64,000 nucleotides of DNA, taken from Candidatus Forterrea multitransposorum CG_2015-17_Forterrea_25_41 (lineage in GTDB: Archaea; Iainarchaeota; Iainarchaeia; Iainarchaeales; CSSED10-239). Every line of letters starts with the position of its first letter. Position 1 is the stretch's first letter. Made by a program: the position numbers and the translations under genes. Location of the stretch: positions 64,001-128,000 of the forward strand of contig CP045477.1 in NCBI GenBank assembly GCA_009392915.1, in the 5' to 3' direction. Below, in pieces: positions 45,571 through 53,525 of this stretch. The notes beneath the pieces were generated by a model. It saw nothing but the letters and a program-made list of their open reading frames with translations. It did no database searches and was not told the origin of the DNA.

Positions 45571-45981
45571 ATGGAAATAGAATTTGAAAAATCAAGAAAT
45601 GAACTTTTAAATAGAACAAATGTTTTTGTAAAAATAAGAAGTGTTAAAACACCAAGTAAAAAAGAACTTCAAACAAAAGTTGCTTCTGTTCTTGCGTGTG
45701 ATCAAGCATTAGTTGTTGTTGATAAAATTTCTCAAGAATTTGGATCTAAAATTTCAAATGCATATGTTAAGGTTTATGATTCTTTAGAAGTTTTAAAAAA
45801 AATAGAACTTGAACATAATATTAGAGATCTTTTAAAAGAAGAAAAAGAAAAAGAAGATGCTCTTAAGGCTGAAAGAAAAGCAAAAAAAGAAGCTGCAAAA
45901 AAACCAGCTGAACCTGAAAAAGAAGAAGCTGAAAAAGAAGAAGCTGAAGAAAAGTCTCAGGAAGAAGTTAAAGAAGAGTAG
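45571..45981 (+). CDS. rps24e: 30S ribosomal protein S24e (eS24) with K/E/A-rich tail
   Basis: NELLNRTNVFVKI....TPSKKELQTKVASVL......VVVDKI.QEFG. The tail contains a duplicated GAAAAAGAAGAAGCT unit. Confidence 0.9.
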   Translation: MEIEFEKSRNELLNRTNVFVKIRSVKTPSKKELQTKVASVLACDQALVVVDKISQEFGSKISNAYVKVYDSLEVLKKIELEHNIRDLLKEEKEKEDALKAERKAKKEAAKKPAEPEKEEAEKEEAEEKSQEEVKEE

Positions 45982-46033
45982 TTTTTAAACAAAAACTAAT
46001 TTTTAAAAAATTGGAAAATTAAGGTGAAAAATT

Positions 46034-46261
46034 ATGGCTAAAAAGAAAGGAGCTAATTCAGTTAAGAAAGGTAAGAAAGCTCATAAGAAAACTGTAAGAG
46101 TTAAAGTGAATAAATTTTATGAAGTTTCTGGCGCAAGTGTTACAAGAAAAGGAAAAGATTGTCCTAAATGTGGTACTGGTGTAAAGATGGGTTCTCACAA
46201 AACAAAAGATGGTCAAGTAAGATATGCTTGCGGTAAATGTGGGACAACAGTTTGGGAATAG
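46034..46261 (+). CDS. rps27ae: 30S ribosomal protein S27ae (eS31)
   Basis: Basic N-terminus and a zinc ribbon CPKCG...CGKCG. Follows S24e. Confidence 0.9.
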   Translation: MAKKKGANSVKKGKKAHKKTVRVKVNKFYEVSGASVTRKGKDCPKCGTGVKMGSHKTKDGQVRYACGKCGTTVWE

Positions 46262-46375
46262 TTTTATTTTAAATAAATGTGATTTAATATTTTCTATATA
46301 TTAGATCTCTTTTTATTTTTATTTCCTATTTATTTTTTATTTTTTGAAAATAGAAAAATTAAATTTAAAGAGATT

Positions 46376-46816
46376 TTGTCTAATTTTGGTGTTAAAAAAA
46401 TCTCTTTTAAATATTTTATAAAACATACTTTTATTGTTTTTTTTATTTTGTTATTTATAAGTATGTTTATTAATCTAGTATTTATTTTATTTGGTTTTAC
46501 AGATTTAGGTCTTGTTACTGAAAAAATAAAAACTCTTTCTCCATTTTTTATAGTTTATTTATTAGTTATTAGAGTTTTTTTAGAAGAATGGTTTTTTAGA
46601 GGTTTTTTAGTTTATAAAACAGGTATTTTATTTTCTGCATTTCTATTTGCTGCAGGACATTATGGGTATGGGTCTATTGTTGAAGTAGTGGGTGCTTTTA
46701 TATTAGGTTTAGTTTTAGCTTTCTATTATAAAAAAATAAATAATATTTATCCTCTTTATGCTGCGCATTTTCTATATAACTTAATGGTTATTTTAGTTAC
46801 TTTTTTTACAATTTAA
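46376..46816 (+). CDS. CPBP family intramembrane glutamic endopeptidase (CAAX protease-like)
   Basis: EEWFFRGF (EExxxR), FAAGHYGYG and AAHFLYN (HxxxN) motifs within TM helices. The TTG start is uncertain. Confidence 0.75.
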   Translation: MSNFGVKKISFKYFIKHTFIVFFILLFISMFINLVFILFGFTDLGLVTEKIKTLSPFFIVYLLVIRVFLEEWFFRGFLVYKTGILFSAFLFAAGHYGYGSIVEVVGAFILGLVLAFYYKKINNIYPLYAAHFLYNLMVILVTFFTI

Positions 46817-46992
46817 TTTTAATTAACAATAGTTAATTAATTATATTTTTTAAAAATTAATTTAAAGAAAAGAATAGTGGTATAGTTTAATTTATTAATG
46901 TGTAATATTTTGTATATCTATTTTAGTATTATATATATATAGTTTATGTTCTATTCTTATATTGGATTGAAAAAGCTATTCTTTATAGAGAT

Positions 46993-47109
46993 GATAGAAG
47001 AGCTTTTGTGAGTATTATGAGTATGACAATACAACACAAATCCGATAGTTAGGAGGAGCTAAACTCAACGTGTTTAAACGGAAAAAAAATTAAGGTGTGC
47101 TCCCCTATC
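46993..47109 (+). ncRNA. candidate structured small RNA (unclassified)
   Basis: Locally GC-enriched ~117-nt patch in a 445-bp intergenic gap. GATAGAAGAGC (46993-47003) pairs at 9 of 11 positions with GCTCCCCTATC (47099-47109). Inner TGAGT/ACTCA helix. No ORF. The minus-strand reading carries a U8 run. Confidence 0.2.
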
Positions 47110-47204
47110 TTTAACATTTACTATTTTTATTATTTTCTAATATTATTTTTTCAAATTCTATTTTTTTAAGTAAATCGTAATTTATAAATAATTTTTTAAT
47201 AAGT

Positions 47205-47231
47205 AACCTAAGTAACAATGTTACATAGGTT
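47205..47231. promoter_or_regulatory. 27-bp near-perfect palindrome, candidate PadR operator
   Basis: AACCTAAGTAACA-A-TGTTACATAGGTT (one mismatch per 13-nt arm). Located between the TATA-like AATTTATAAATA (47179-47190) and the padR ATG at 47262. Confidence 0.45.
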
Positions 47232-47261
47232 TATATTCTTTTTGTTATATGTATTCTTATA

Positions 47262-47624
47262 ATGGTTACAATAAAAAATATGGCTGATAATCCTGAAAAG
47301 ATATGGTTGCAATTTCTTATATTGAGATTGATTTATGAAAATCCAACTTATGGTTATAAGTTAATTAAAGATATTAATAAAATAAGTAATGGAAAATATA
47401 TTGTTAAATCAGGTACTATGTATACTACACTTAGACGAATGGAAAAAAATAAATTACTAAATTCTATTTGGGAAAAAAATGAGTCTGGTCCTAGTAGTAG
47501 AATTTATAATCTAACTATAAAAGGTAAAATGAAACTTAAAAATTTACTTAAAATGGTTGTTGAAAGAAAAAAAATAATAGATCAGTTAATTAAATTTTAT
47601 GAAAAAGAATTTAAAGAACAATAA
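47262..47624 (+). CDS. PadR family transcriptional regulator
   Basis: LILRLIYENPTYGYKLIKDI.......VKSGTMYTTLRRMEKNKLL....E......RIYNLT.KG. Confidence 0.88.
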   Translation: MVTIKNMADNPEKIWLQFLILRLIYENPTYGYKLIKDINKISNGKYIVKSGTMYTTLRRMEKNKLLNSIWEKNESGPSSRIYNLTIKGKMKLKNLLKMVVERKKIIDQLIKFYEKEFKEQ

Positions 47625-47648
47625 ATATAATGTAAATTAAGATTATTT

Positions 47649-47873
47649 ATGAAAATAAAATTACATCAAATATTACTTTGGATTACAATAATTTCTTTAA
47701 TAGTTTTAGTTATATCTACTGTGCCTTTATTAGTTAGTTATTTAAAAAATCTAGATGTTAAATTTCCAATGTTTGTAACTATTCATGTTTGGTCTGGTAT
47801 TATACTATTAGTGGTTGTATTATTAAGAGTTTTTATTAATCGTAAAAAATTAAAGATAATGCTTACTAATTAG
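47649..47873 (+). CDS. small two-TM membrane protein
   Basis: 74 aa with two hydrophobic helices (the second contains HVWSG). Sits between padR and the COG1361-like gene. Confidence 0.55.
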   Translation: MKIKLHQILLWITIISLIVLVISTVPLLVSYLKNLDVKFPMFVTIHVWSGIILLVVVLLRVFINRKKLKIMLTN

Positions 47874-47897
47874 TTATTTTAAAAATTAAGGAGTTAA

Positions 47898-49103
47898 TTG
47901 ATTAATATGTTTTCAAAAAAAATTATTTTAGTATCTGTTTTATTTTTACTTACATCTTTATTTTCGGGGTTGATTTTCTCTGAAAGATATATAGATAGTT
48001 CTTATGTTCAAGTTATTGCTCAAGAAGTAAGTCCTGAACCAGTAGAGCCTGGTCAAGATTTTTTACTAAAAGTTAGAGTTCATAATTTTGGAACAGTGGA
48101 TGCTAAAAATGTAAAAATTAATCTTGATTTAAATTATCCTTTTTATTTAAAAAATACAAGTGAGTCTTATATTGACTTTAATTCGATTTGTTCTAATTGT
48201 TCTGCAGAAAATACATATTATTTTACAGTTTCAAGTTCTGCAGTTTCAGGGATATATCCAATACATTTTAATATATCTGAAATAAATAATGAAACTGTTT
48301 CTTTTAAACCTCAAATAATAGATATTTCCATATTAGGTAAACCTGATTTAGTTTTAGAAACCATAAAAGTAGATCAAAATATTTCTGCCGGAGATATATT
48401 TAATATTAAATTTTTATTAAGGAATATAGGTACTGGGAATTCTAGAAATATAAAAATAATTCCTAATTCTGATGATTTTATGCTTATTGGGACAAATACT
48501 AAATGGTTTGAAGAATTAGGTCCCAATAAAGAAATTATTTTTGATTTAAATTTTATTTCAAACAAAGATTTAATTTCAAATAGTTATATTTTTCCTATAG
48601 ATCTTGAATTTTTAGGAGAAAAACAAAATTTTTATACCTCTTCATATAATATTGGAATTAATCTTTTAGGAAAAGCAGATTTATCTTTACAAAATTTAAA
48701 AATTACTCCTTTAAACCCTTCTTTAAAAGATTTAATTAATTTTGAAGGAATTATTGAAAATATAGGAAATGGAAAAGCAAATAATGTTTCTTTAGAATTA
48801 TTTGTTTCAAATGATGAGAATTATAAATATTATATTGGTCAATTAAATAAAGATGATGATGCTCCTTTTTATTTTAATGAAATTAAATTTAATTCTGTTG
48901 GAAATAATAAAGTAAATTTGATTGTAAATTATGATGATGATTACGGTAATTATAAAATAGAAATTCCTTTAAATCAAAATATAAATAAATCTAATAATTT
49001 ATCTTTATTTTTTATAGTTTTATTTTTATTTTTGGTTTTATTTTTTAGTTTGTATTTATTAAAAAATAATAAACACAATAAAAATAAAAAAATAAAGAAT
49101 TGA
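47898..49103 (+). CDS. secreted COG1361/CARDB-like repeat protein with C-terminal TM and basic tail
   Basis: Signal peptide, then repeated EPVEPGQDF.L.V.V.N.G...AKNV.I.L-type beta-sandwich modules. C-terminus LSLFFIVLFLFLVLFFSLYLLKNNKHNKNKKIKN. Start is TTG 47898 or ATG 47907. Confidence 0.7.
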   Translation: MINMFSKKIILVSVLFLLTSLFSGLIFSERYIDSSYVQVIAQEVSPEPVEPGQDFLLKVRVHNFGTVDAKNVKINLDLNYPFYLKNTSESYIDFNSICSNCSAENTYYFTVSSSAVSGIYPIHFNISEINNETVSFKPQIIDISILGKPDLVLETIKVDQNISAGDIFNIKFLLRNIGTGNSRNIKIIPNSDDFMLIGTNTKWFEELGPNKEIIFDLNFISNKDLISNSYIFPIDLEFLGEKQNFYTSSYNIGINLLGKADLSLQNLKITPLNPSLKDLINFEGIIENIGNGKANNVSLELFVSNDENYKYYIGQLNKDDDAPFYFNEIKFNSVGNNKVNLIVNYDDDYGNYKIEIPLNQNINKSNNLSLFFIVLFLFLVLFFSLYLLKNNKHNKNKKIKN

Positions 49104-49114
49104 TTTAGATTTAT

Positions 49115-50314
49115 ATGAATAAAAAAGATATTAAGCTAATGTTTTTTTTAGCTTATAAAAATATAATTAAAAGTAAATCTACTTTTATTGTAATTGTAGC
49201 TGTAATGGCTATGAGTTTTTTGTCAATAACTTTTTTTTCTGCAATTATTGATGGGTTAAGTTATGAATTTGAAGAGTCGATGATTGATGGTCAAACAGGG
49301 CATTTAATGATCGAACCATCTAATGAAGAAAGTTTTATATTTAATTCTGATAGATTAGAAAAAAATATTTCTAAAATTCCAGGAGTAATTGGTGTTTCTT
49401 CAAGATTAGAATCAAATATTTTAATTACTTATAAAAATGAAGAGCTAGGGGCACCTGTTTTCTTTATTGATCCTATTGATGAACAAAAAGTATCTAATTT
49501 TCATGAAAGTTTAATAGAAGGTAGTTTTCTTTCATATAAAGATACATCTGAAATTATTATTGGTTCTGATTTACTAGAACAGTATGCGCCTATAGATGAT
49601 ACTAAGAAAAGGTTTAATCTTAGAATAGGGGATAATATTATTTTAACTTTTAATAATGGTTATAAAAAAGAATATAAAATCAAAGGTATTTTTAAAACAG
49701 GTTCTAAGTTTAATGATGATAAAATTTTAATTAATAAAGAAGAATATTTTTCAATATTTAATAAAGAAGATATTTCTCATAAAATACTTGTTAAACTTCC
49801 TTCAAGAGGTCTTGAAAAAGAATATATTCAAAAGATAGAAGCTTTAGGAATAATTGAACAGATTAACCCTTGGGAAACTAAGATTGGTATGATTAAACAA
49901 TTTGTAGGAAGTCTTCAAATTACAAATCAGATAACTGGTTTTATAGGTTTATTAACTGCATTTGCAACAATTTACATAATTATTTTTATAAATGTAACTA
50001 ATAAAAGAAAGCAGATAGGTATATTAAAAGCTATAGGTATAAAAAAAAAAATTATTCTTGGATCATATATTATTCAATCTTTTATTTATGGTTTTGTAGG
50101 TGTTATTTTTGGAAATATTATTATGCAAATTTTGTTGGCTTTACTTGCAAGTTATCCATTATCTATGCCTATTGGGGATGTAGTTCCATTACTAACAATA
50201 GGTAAATTATTAACTACCTCTTTTATTTTAATTTTAGCCTCTATTGTTGCAGGTTTTTTCCCTTCTAGAAAAGCTTCTAATGATAATATCTTAGATGCTA
50301 TATTTGGAGGATAG
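49115..50314 (+). CDS. ABC transporter permease, FtsX/MacB-like
   Basis: 399 aa. N-terminal TM, large extracytoplasmic domain, then three C-terminal TMs with KRKQIGILKAIG (FtsX family hallmark). Confidence 0.85.
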   Translation: MNKKDIKLMFFLAYKNIIKSKSTFIVIVAVMAMSFLSITFFSAIIDGLSYEFEESMIDGQTGHLMIEPSNEESFIFNSDRLEKNISKIPGVIGVSSRLESNILITYKNEELGAPVFFIDPIDEQKVSNFHESLIEGSFLSYKDTSEIIIGSDLLEQYAPIDDTKKRFNLRIGDNIILTFNNGYKKEYKIKGIFKTGSKFNDDKILINKEEYFSIFNKEDISHKILVKLPSRGLEKEYIQKIEALGIIEQINPWETKIGMIKQFVGSLQITNQITGFIGLLTAFATIYIIIFINVTNKRKQIGILKAIGIKKKIILGSYIIQSFIYGFVGVIFGNIIMQILLALLASYPLSMPIGDVVPLLTIGKLLTTSFILILASIVAGFFPSRKASNDNILDAIFGG

Positions 50315-50317
50315 ATT

Positions 50318-51007
50318 ATGATTAAAAATATTATTGAAGTAAATAAACTTGAAAGAATATATTCTAATGGAATTGTTAAAACTTATGCCTTAAAAGACGT
50401 TTCTTTAAGTATAAAACCTGGTGAATTTGTTGCAATTATGGGGCCTAGTGGTTCTGGAAAAAGCACTTTACTTCATCAGTTAGGACTGTTAGATACTCCA
50501 ACTAATGGAAGTATTATTATTGATAATGAAGATGTATCGAAATTAACTGATAAACAAAAAACTACCTTTAGATTAGAAAAATTAGGTTATGTTTTTCAGT
50601 CATATAATTTATTACCAGAACTTAATGTTATTGAAAATGTTTTTTTAACCTCTATGGCTAAAGGTTTAGATCCTAAAGAATATAATTTGAGAGCAAAAGA
50701 TATTCTTGAAAAAGTAGGTTTAAAAGATAGATTGTATTATTATCCTTCTGAACTTTCTGGAGGTCAACAACAAAGAGTTTCTATTGCAAGAGCATTAGTT
50801 AATAAACCTAAAATTTTATTTGCAGATGAACCAACTGCAAATCTTGATTCTGATTCTTCTCAAGATATAATTGATTTATTTAAAAAATTAAATAAAGAAA
50901 TTAATCAAACTATTGTTATGGTAACACATGAATTAGAAGAAGGTAAAAAAGCAGATAGGATAATTTGGATTAAAGATGGTATTCTAGATAAGTCTGTAAA
51001 AGTTTAA
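50318..51007 (+). CDS. ABC transporter ATP-binding protein (MacB/LolD-like)
   Basis: Walker A GPSGSGKST, signature LSGGQQQR, Walker B ILFADEPT. Confidence 0.93.
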   Translation: MIKNIIEVNKLERIYSNGIVKTYALKDVSLSIKPGEFVAIMGPSGSGKSTLLHQLGLLDTPTNGSIIIDNEDVSKLTDKQKTTFRLEKLGYVFQSYNLLPELNVIENVFLTSMAKGLDPKEYNLRAKDILEKVGLKDRLYYYPSELSGGQQQRVSIARALVNKPKILFADEPTANLDSDSSQDIIDLFKKLNKEINQTIVMVTHELEEGKKADRIIWIKDGILDKSVKV

Positions 51008-51108
51008 CTATTTATAAATAAAATATTTAATATTTTTATTATAACTATATTTTAAATAAAATTTAGATCTATAGATATTTTTATATATTTTATTAATATA
51101 GTTTATTT

Positions 51109-51618
51109 ATGAAGTCAAGATATATTTTATTAGTTTTAATATTGTTAATTATAATTATAGGTTTTATTATATTTTATAATAAATCAAATTCTAATTATTT
51201 TTTAAAAAATAATATTTTGGATAATAATTTATCTGTAGAAGAAATAAATGCTTTAAACGCAACTTTAAATGATGAATATAAAGCAGAAGCTATCTATCAA
51301 AAAGTTATTAATAAATTTGGAAATGTTCCACCTTTTGTAAATATTATGTCTGCTGAACAAAAACATAGTTCTTCTTTAATTATGTTATATAATAAATATA
51401 ATTTAACTATTCCAGAAAATGATTGGTATAATGAAGTTCCAGAATATGAAAGTGTTCAAGAAGCTTGTAAAGCAGGAGTTAATGCTGAAATTGAGAATGC
51501 TGCTTTATATGATGAAATGATGAAAAATATAACTCATGAAGATATAATTCAAGTTTTTAATTCCTTAAAAAATGCTTCTTTAGAAAAACATCTTCCTGCT
51601 TTTGAAAGATGTTCTTAA
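51109..51618 (+). CDS. DUF2202-like ferritin-like domain protein (membrane-anchored/secreted)
   Basis: N-terminal TM. LNDEYKAEAIYQKVINKFGNV.PF.NI..AEQKH...L..L..KY pattern. Confidence 0.6.
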   Translation: MKSRYILLVLILLIIIIGFIIFYNKSNSNYFLKNNILDNNLSVEEINALNATLNDEYKAEAIYQKVINKFGNVPPFVNIMSAEQKHSSSLIMLYNKYNLTIPENDWYNEVPEYESVQEACKAGVNAEIENAALYDEMMKNITHEDIIQVFNSLKNASLEKHLPAFERCS

Positions 51619-51756
51619 TTAGTTGTATTAAATTTCATTTTTCTTTGAGGTTCAATTTCCGCCAGAAGCTTTGCTTTTTAATTTATGTTATTTTAATTTA
51701 TTTTTTATTACTTTTAGAAATAAATCTATTTAAATAGTTTATTTTTATATATATGT

Positions 51757-51772
51757 ATTATTCGCGAATAAT
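51757..51772. promoter_or_regulatory. perfect 16-bp palindrome upstream of the RNA ligase gene
   Basis: ATTATTCGCGAATAAT, just downstream of a TATA-like TTTTTATATATAT and 28 nt upstream of the GTG start at 51800. Confidence 0.4.
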
Positions 51773-51799
51773 GTTGGACAAAAATTTTGAGGTGGTTGT

Positions 51800-52474
51800 G
51801 TGTTTGATATCGCAGATTTTCCAAAATTAGAATCTCCCTTTATAAGAAAAACTATTAATGAAAAATATATAGTAACTTTTGAGATTAATCCTAAATATAA
51901 ATGGATTTTTAATAGAAACATTGTTTTAGCTTCAGAAAAGATAGATGGAACTAATGTTTCAATAATTATAAATAAAGGAAAAATAATTGATATATACAAT
52001 AGAAAAAATAAAATTGAAATATTAGCAAATAAAAAATATTTTAGATTTATAGATGGTATCAACTATGCCTTATATAAAGAATTATTTAGAACAAATAAAT
52101 CTATGCAAATATTTGGAGAATTAATTGGGCCAACAGTTAATGGAAATCCCTATAATGAAGTAAGAAACATATGGGTGCCTTTTTCTTACTTAAAAGAAAA
52201 ATGTGAATTTAAATTTTGGAATAAATTTTTAGAAGAAGAAATTGACGGTAAAGATTTAAGCGAAAAAGAAATATTTGAAAAAACATCAAATATTTTTAAA
52301 AATCTTTGGAGTCTTTATTATAGAAGAAAAACAGGCGAAAAGATATTTGCTGAAGGAATTGTATTTTATAATAAAGAAACTGGAGAGATGTGTAAACTAA
52401 GAAGAGATATGTTTGATTGGTATGAAGGAATTAGTCATGATTTTTTTAAAGCTAAAGCAAAAAAAGATCTATAA
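51800..52474 (+). CDS. Rnl2-family ATP-dependent RNA ligase, nucleotidyltransferase domain only
   Basis: Motif I SEKIDGTNVSIII (KxDGxN; compare T4 Rnl2 EKIHGTNFSLII), motif III FGELIGP, motif IV AEGIVF, motif V CKLRR. 224 aa. GTG start after a GAGGTGG SD. Confidence 0.7.
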   Translation: MFDIADFPKLESPFIRKTINEKYIVTFEINPKYKWIFNRNIVLASEKIDGTNVSIIINKGKIIDIYNRKNKIEILANKKYFRFIDGINYALYKELFRTNKSMQIFGELIGPTVNGNPYNEVRNIWVPFSYLKEKCEFKFWNKFLEEEIDGKDLSEKEIFEKTSNIFKNLWSLYYRRKTGEKIFAEGIVFYNKETGEMCKLRRDMFDWYEGISHDFFKAKAKKDL

Positions 52475-52500
52475 AATGTAATTTTTATAAACATATTTTA

Positions 52501-52555
52501 TATTACTCACATCTGTGTATTACTCACAATCTTTTTAAATGTTTTGAGTAATACA
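52501..52555. promoter_or_regulatory. three copies of a TATTACTCA(CA) motif (two direct, one inverted) upstream of fic
   Basis: TATTACTCACA at 52501-52511 and 52518-52528. TGAGTAATACA (the reverse complement of TGTATTACTCA) at 52545-52555. Located between the TATA-like TTTTTATAAA (52482-52491) and the ATG at 52561. Confidence 0.45.
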
Positions 52556-52560
52556 TATTT

Positions 52561-53496
52561 ATGAGTTATTTATCTAAACTTAAAAGAAATAATAAAACAT
52601 ATTATTATCTTGTAGAAAATATTCCTATATCTAAAGGTAGGCGAAAACAAATTAGAAAATATATAGGGACAATTAAACCTACAGATCAAAAATTATCTTT
52701 AGAACTATTAAAGTTTGAAAAAGAAATTACTTCTAAAAAAAAACAAATGCAAGGATTTACCTATTTAACTAAAGAAGAAATAAAAGAAGTAGATGAAATT
52801 AATTCAAATTTTTGGAAAAAATATAATAAATTATCAAAAACTGAGAGAGAAGAATTTTGGAATAATTTTATTGGAATTTTTGTTTTTAACACAAACTCAA
52901 TAGAAGGTTCAACTTTAACATTAAAGGAAGTTGAACTACTATTATCTGAAAATATATCTCCAAATAGACCTTTAGAAGATGTTTTAGAAGCAAAATCTGC
53001 AAAAAAAGCAATTAATTTTATTTTAAATTATAAATCTGATTTGTCAATAGATTTAATTACTAAAATTCATAAAATATATTTTAAAGAAAGCTTTCCAGAT
53101 ATAGCTGGTAAATTTAAAAGATTAAATAATAGAATAAAAGGATCAAAATTTGATACTACTCCAAAAGAACTAGTTTTAACTGATTTAAAAATACTTATAG
53201 ATAATTATAAAAAATTTAAAAAAGAATTACATCCAATAGAATTATCTGCTTGGTTGCATTGGTCTTTTGTAAAAATTCATCCTTTTCAAGATGGAAATGG
53301 AAGAATTTCAAGATTACTTATGAATTTTATACTTTTTAAAAATAAATATGCTTTAATAGATATTAAAACAAAAGAAAAACAAACATATTTTAATTCTCTT
53401 GAAAAATGTAATTATTTGAATAATGGAAAACCATTAGCTCAAAGATTAGTTAGAAGATTTAAAAAACAGTATAAAAATATATTTTCAAATTTATAG
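52561..53496 (+). CDS. Fic/Fido-domain protein (class II, internal inhibitory motif)
   Basis: Active-site loop HPFQDGNGRISR (HxFx[DE]GNGRxxR). Upstream TNSIEG matches the [ST]xxxE[GN] inhibitory helix motif. Confidence 0.88.
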   Translation: MSYLSKLKRNNKTYYYLVENIPISKGRRKQIRKYIGTIKPTDQKLSLELLKFEKEITSKKKQMQGFTYLTKEEIKEVDEINSNFWKKYNKLSKTEREEFWNNFIGIFVFNTNSIEGSTLTLKEVELLLSENISPNRPLEDVLEAKSAKKAINFILNYKSDLSIDLITKIHKIYFKESFPDIAGKFKRLNNRIKGSKFDTTPKELVLTDLKILIDNYKKFKKELHPIELSAWLHWSFVKIHPFQDGNGRISRLLMNFILFKNKYALIDIKTKEKQTYFNSLEKCNYLNNGKPLAQRLVRRFKKQYKNIFSNL

Positions 53497-53525
53497 TTTT
53501 ATTAATTTTTTTTTAAAAGAAAAAA

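Noticed and set aside
46274-46300. Orphan ATGTGAT ribosome-binding-like motif after S27ae with no downstream ORF
   Set aside because: The next in-phase start candidates hit stops within a few codons. It is probably chance or a relic and is not reportable as a gene.
46993-47109. Idea that the GC-rich intergenic patch is a divergent 5S rRNA
   Set aside because: The length (~117 nt), the terminal helix and a CCGAUAGUUAGG stretch are suggestive. However, I could not build helices III-V or find the loop E/helix IV features. It is kept only as an unclassified candidate RNA.
51725-51736. 12-bp perfect palindrome CTATTTAAATAG upstream of the RNA ligase gene
   Set aside because: It is almost pure A/T, so it is expected by chance in this composition. 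The neighbouring CGCG-core palindrome (51757-51772) is the better operator candidate.
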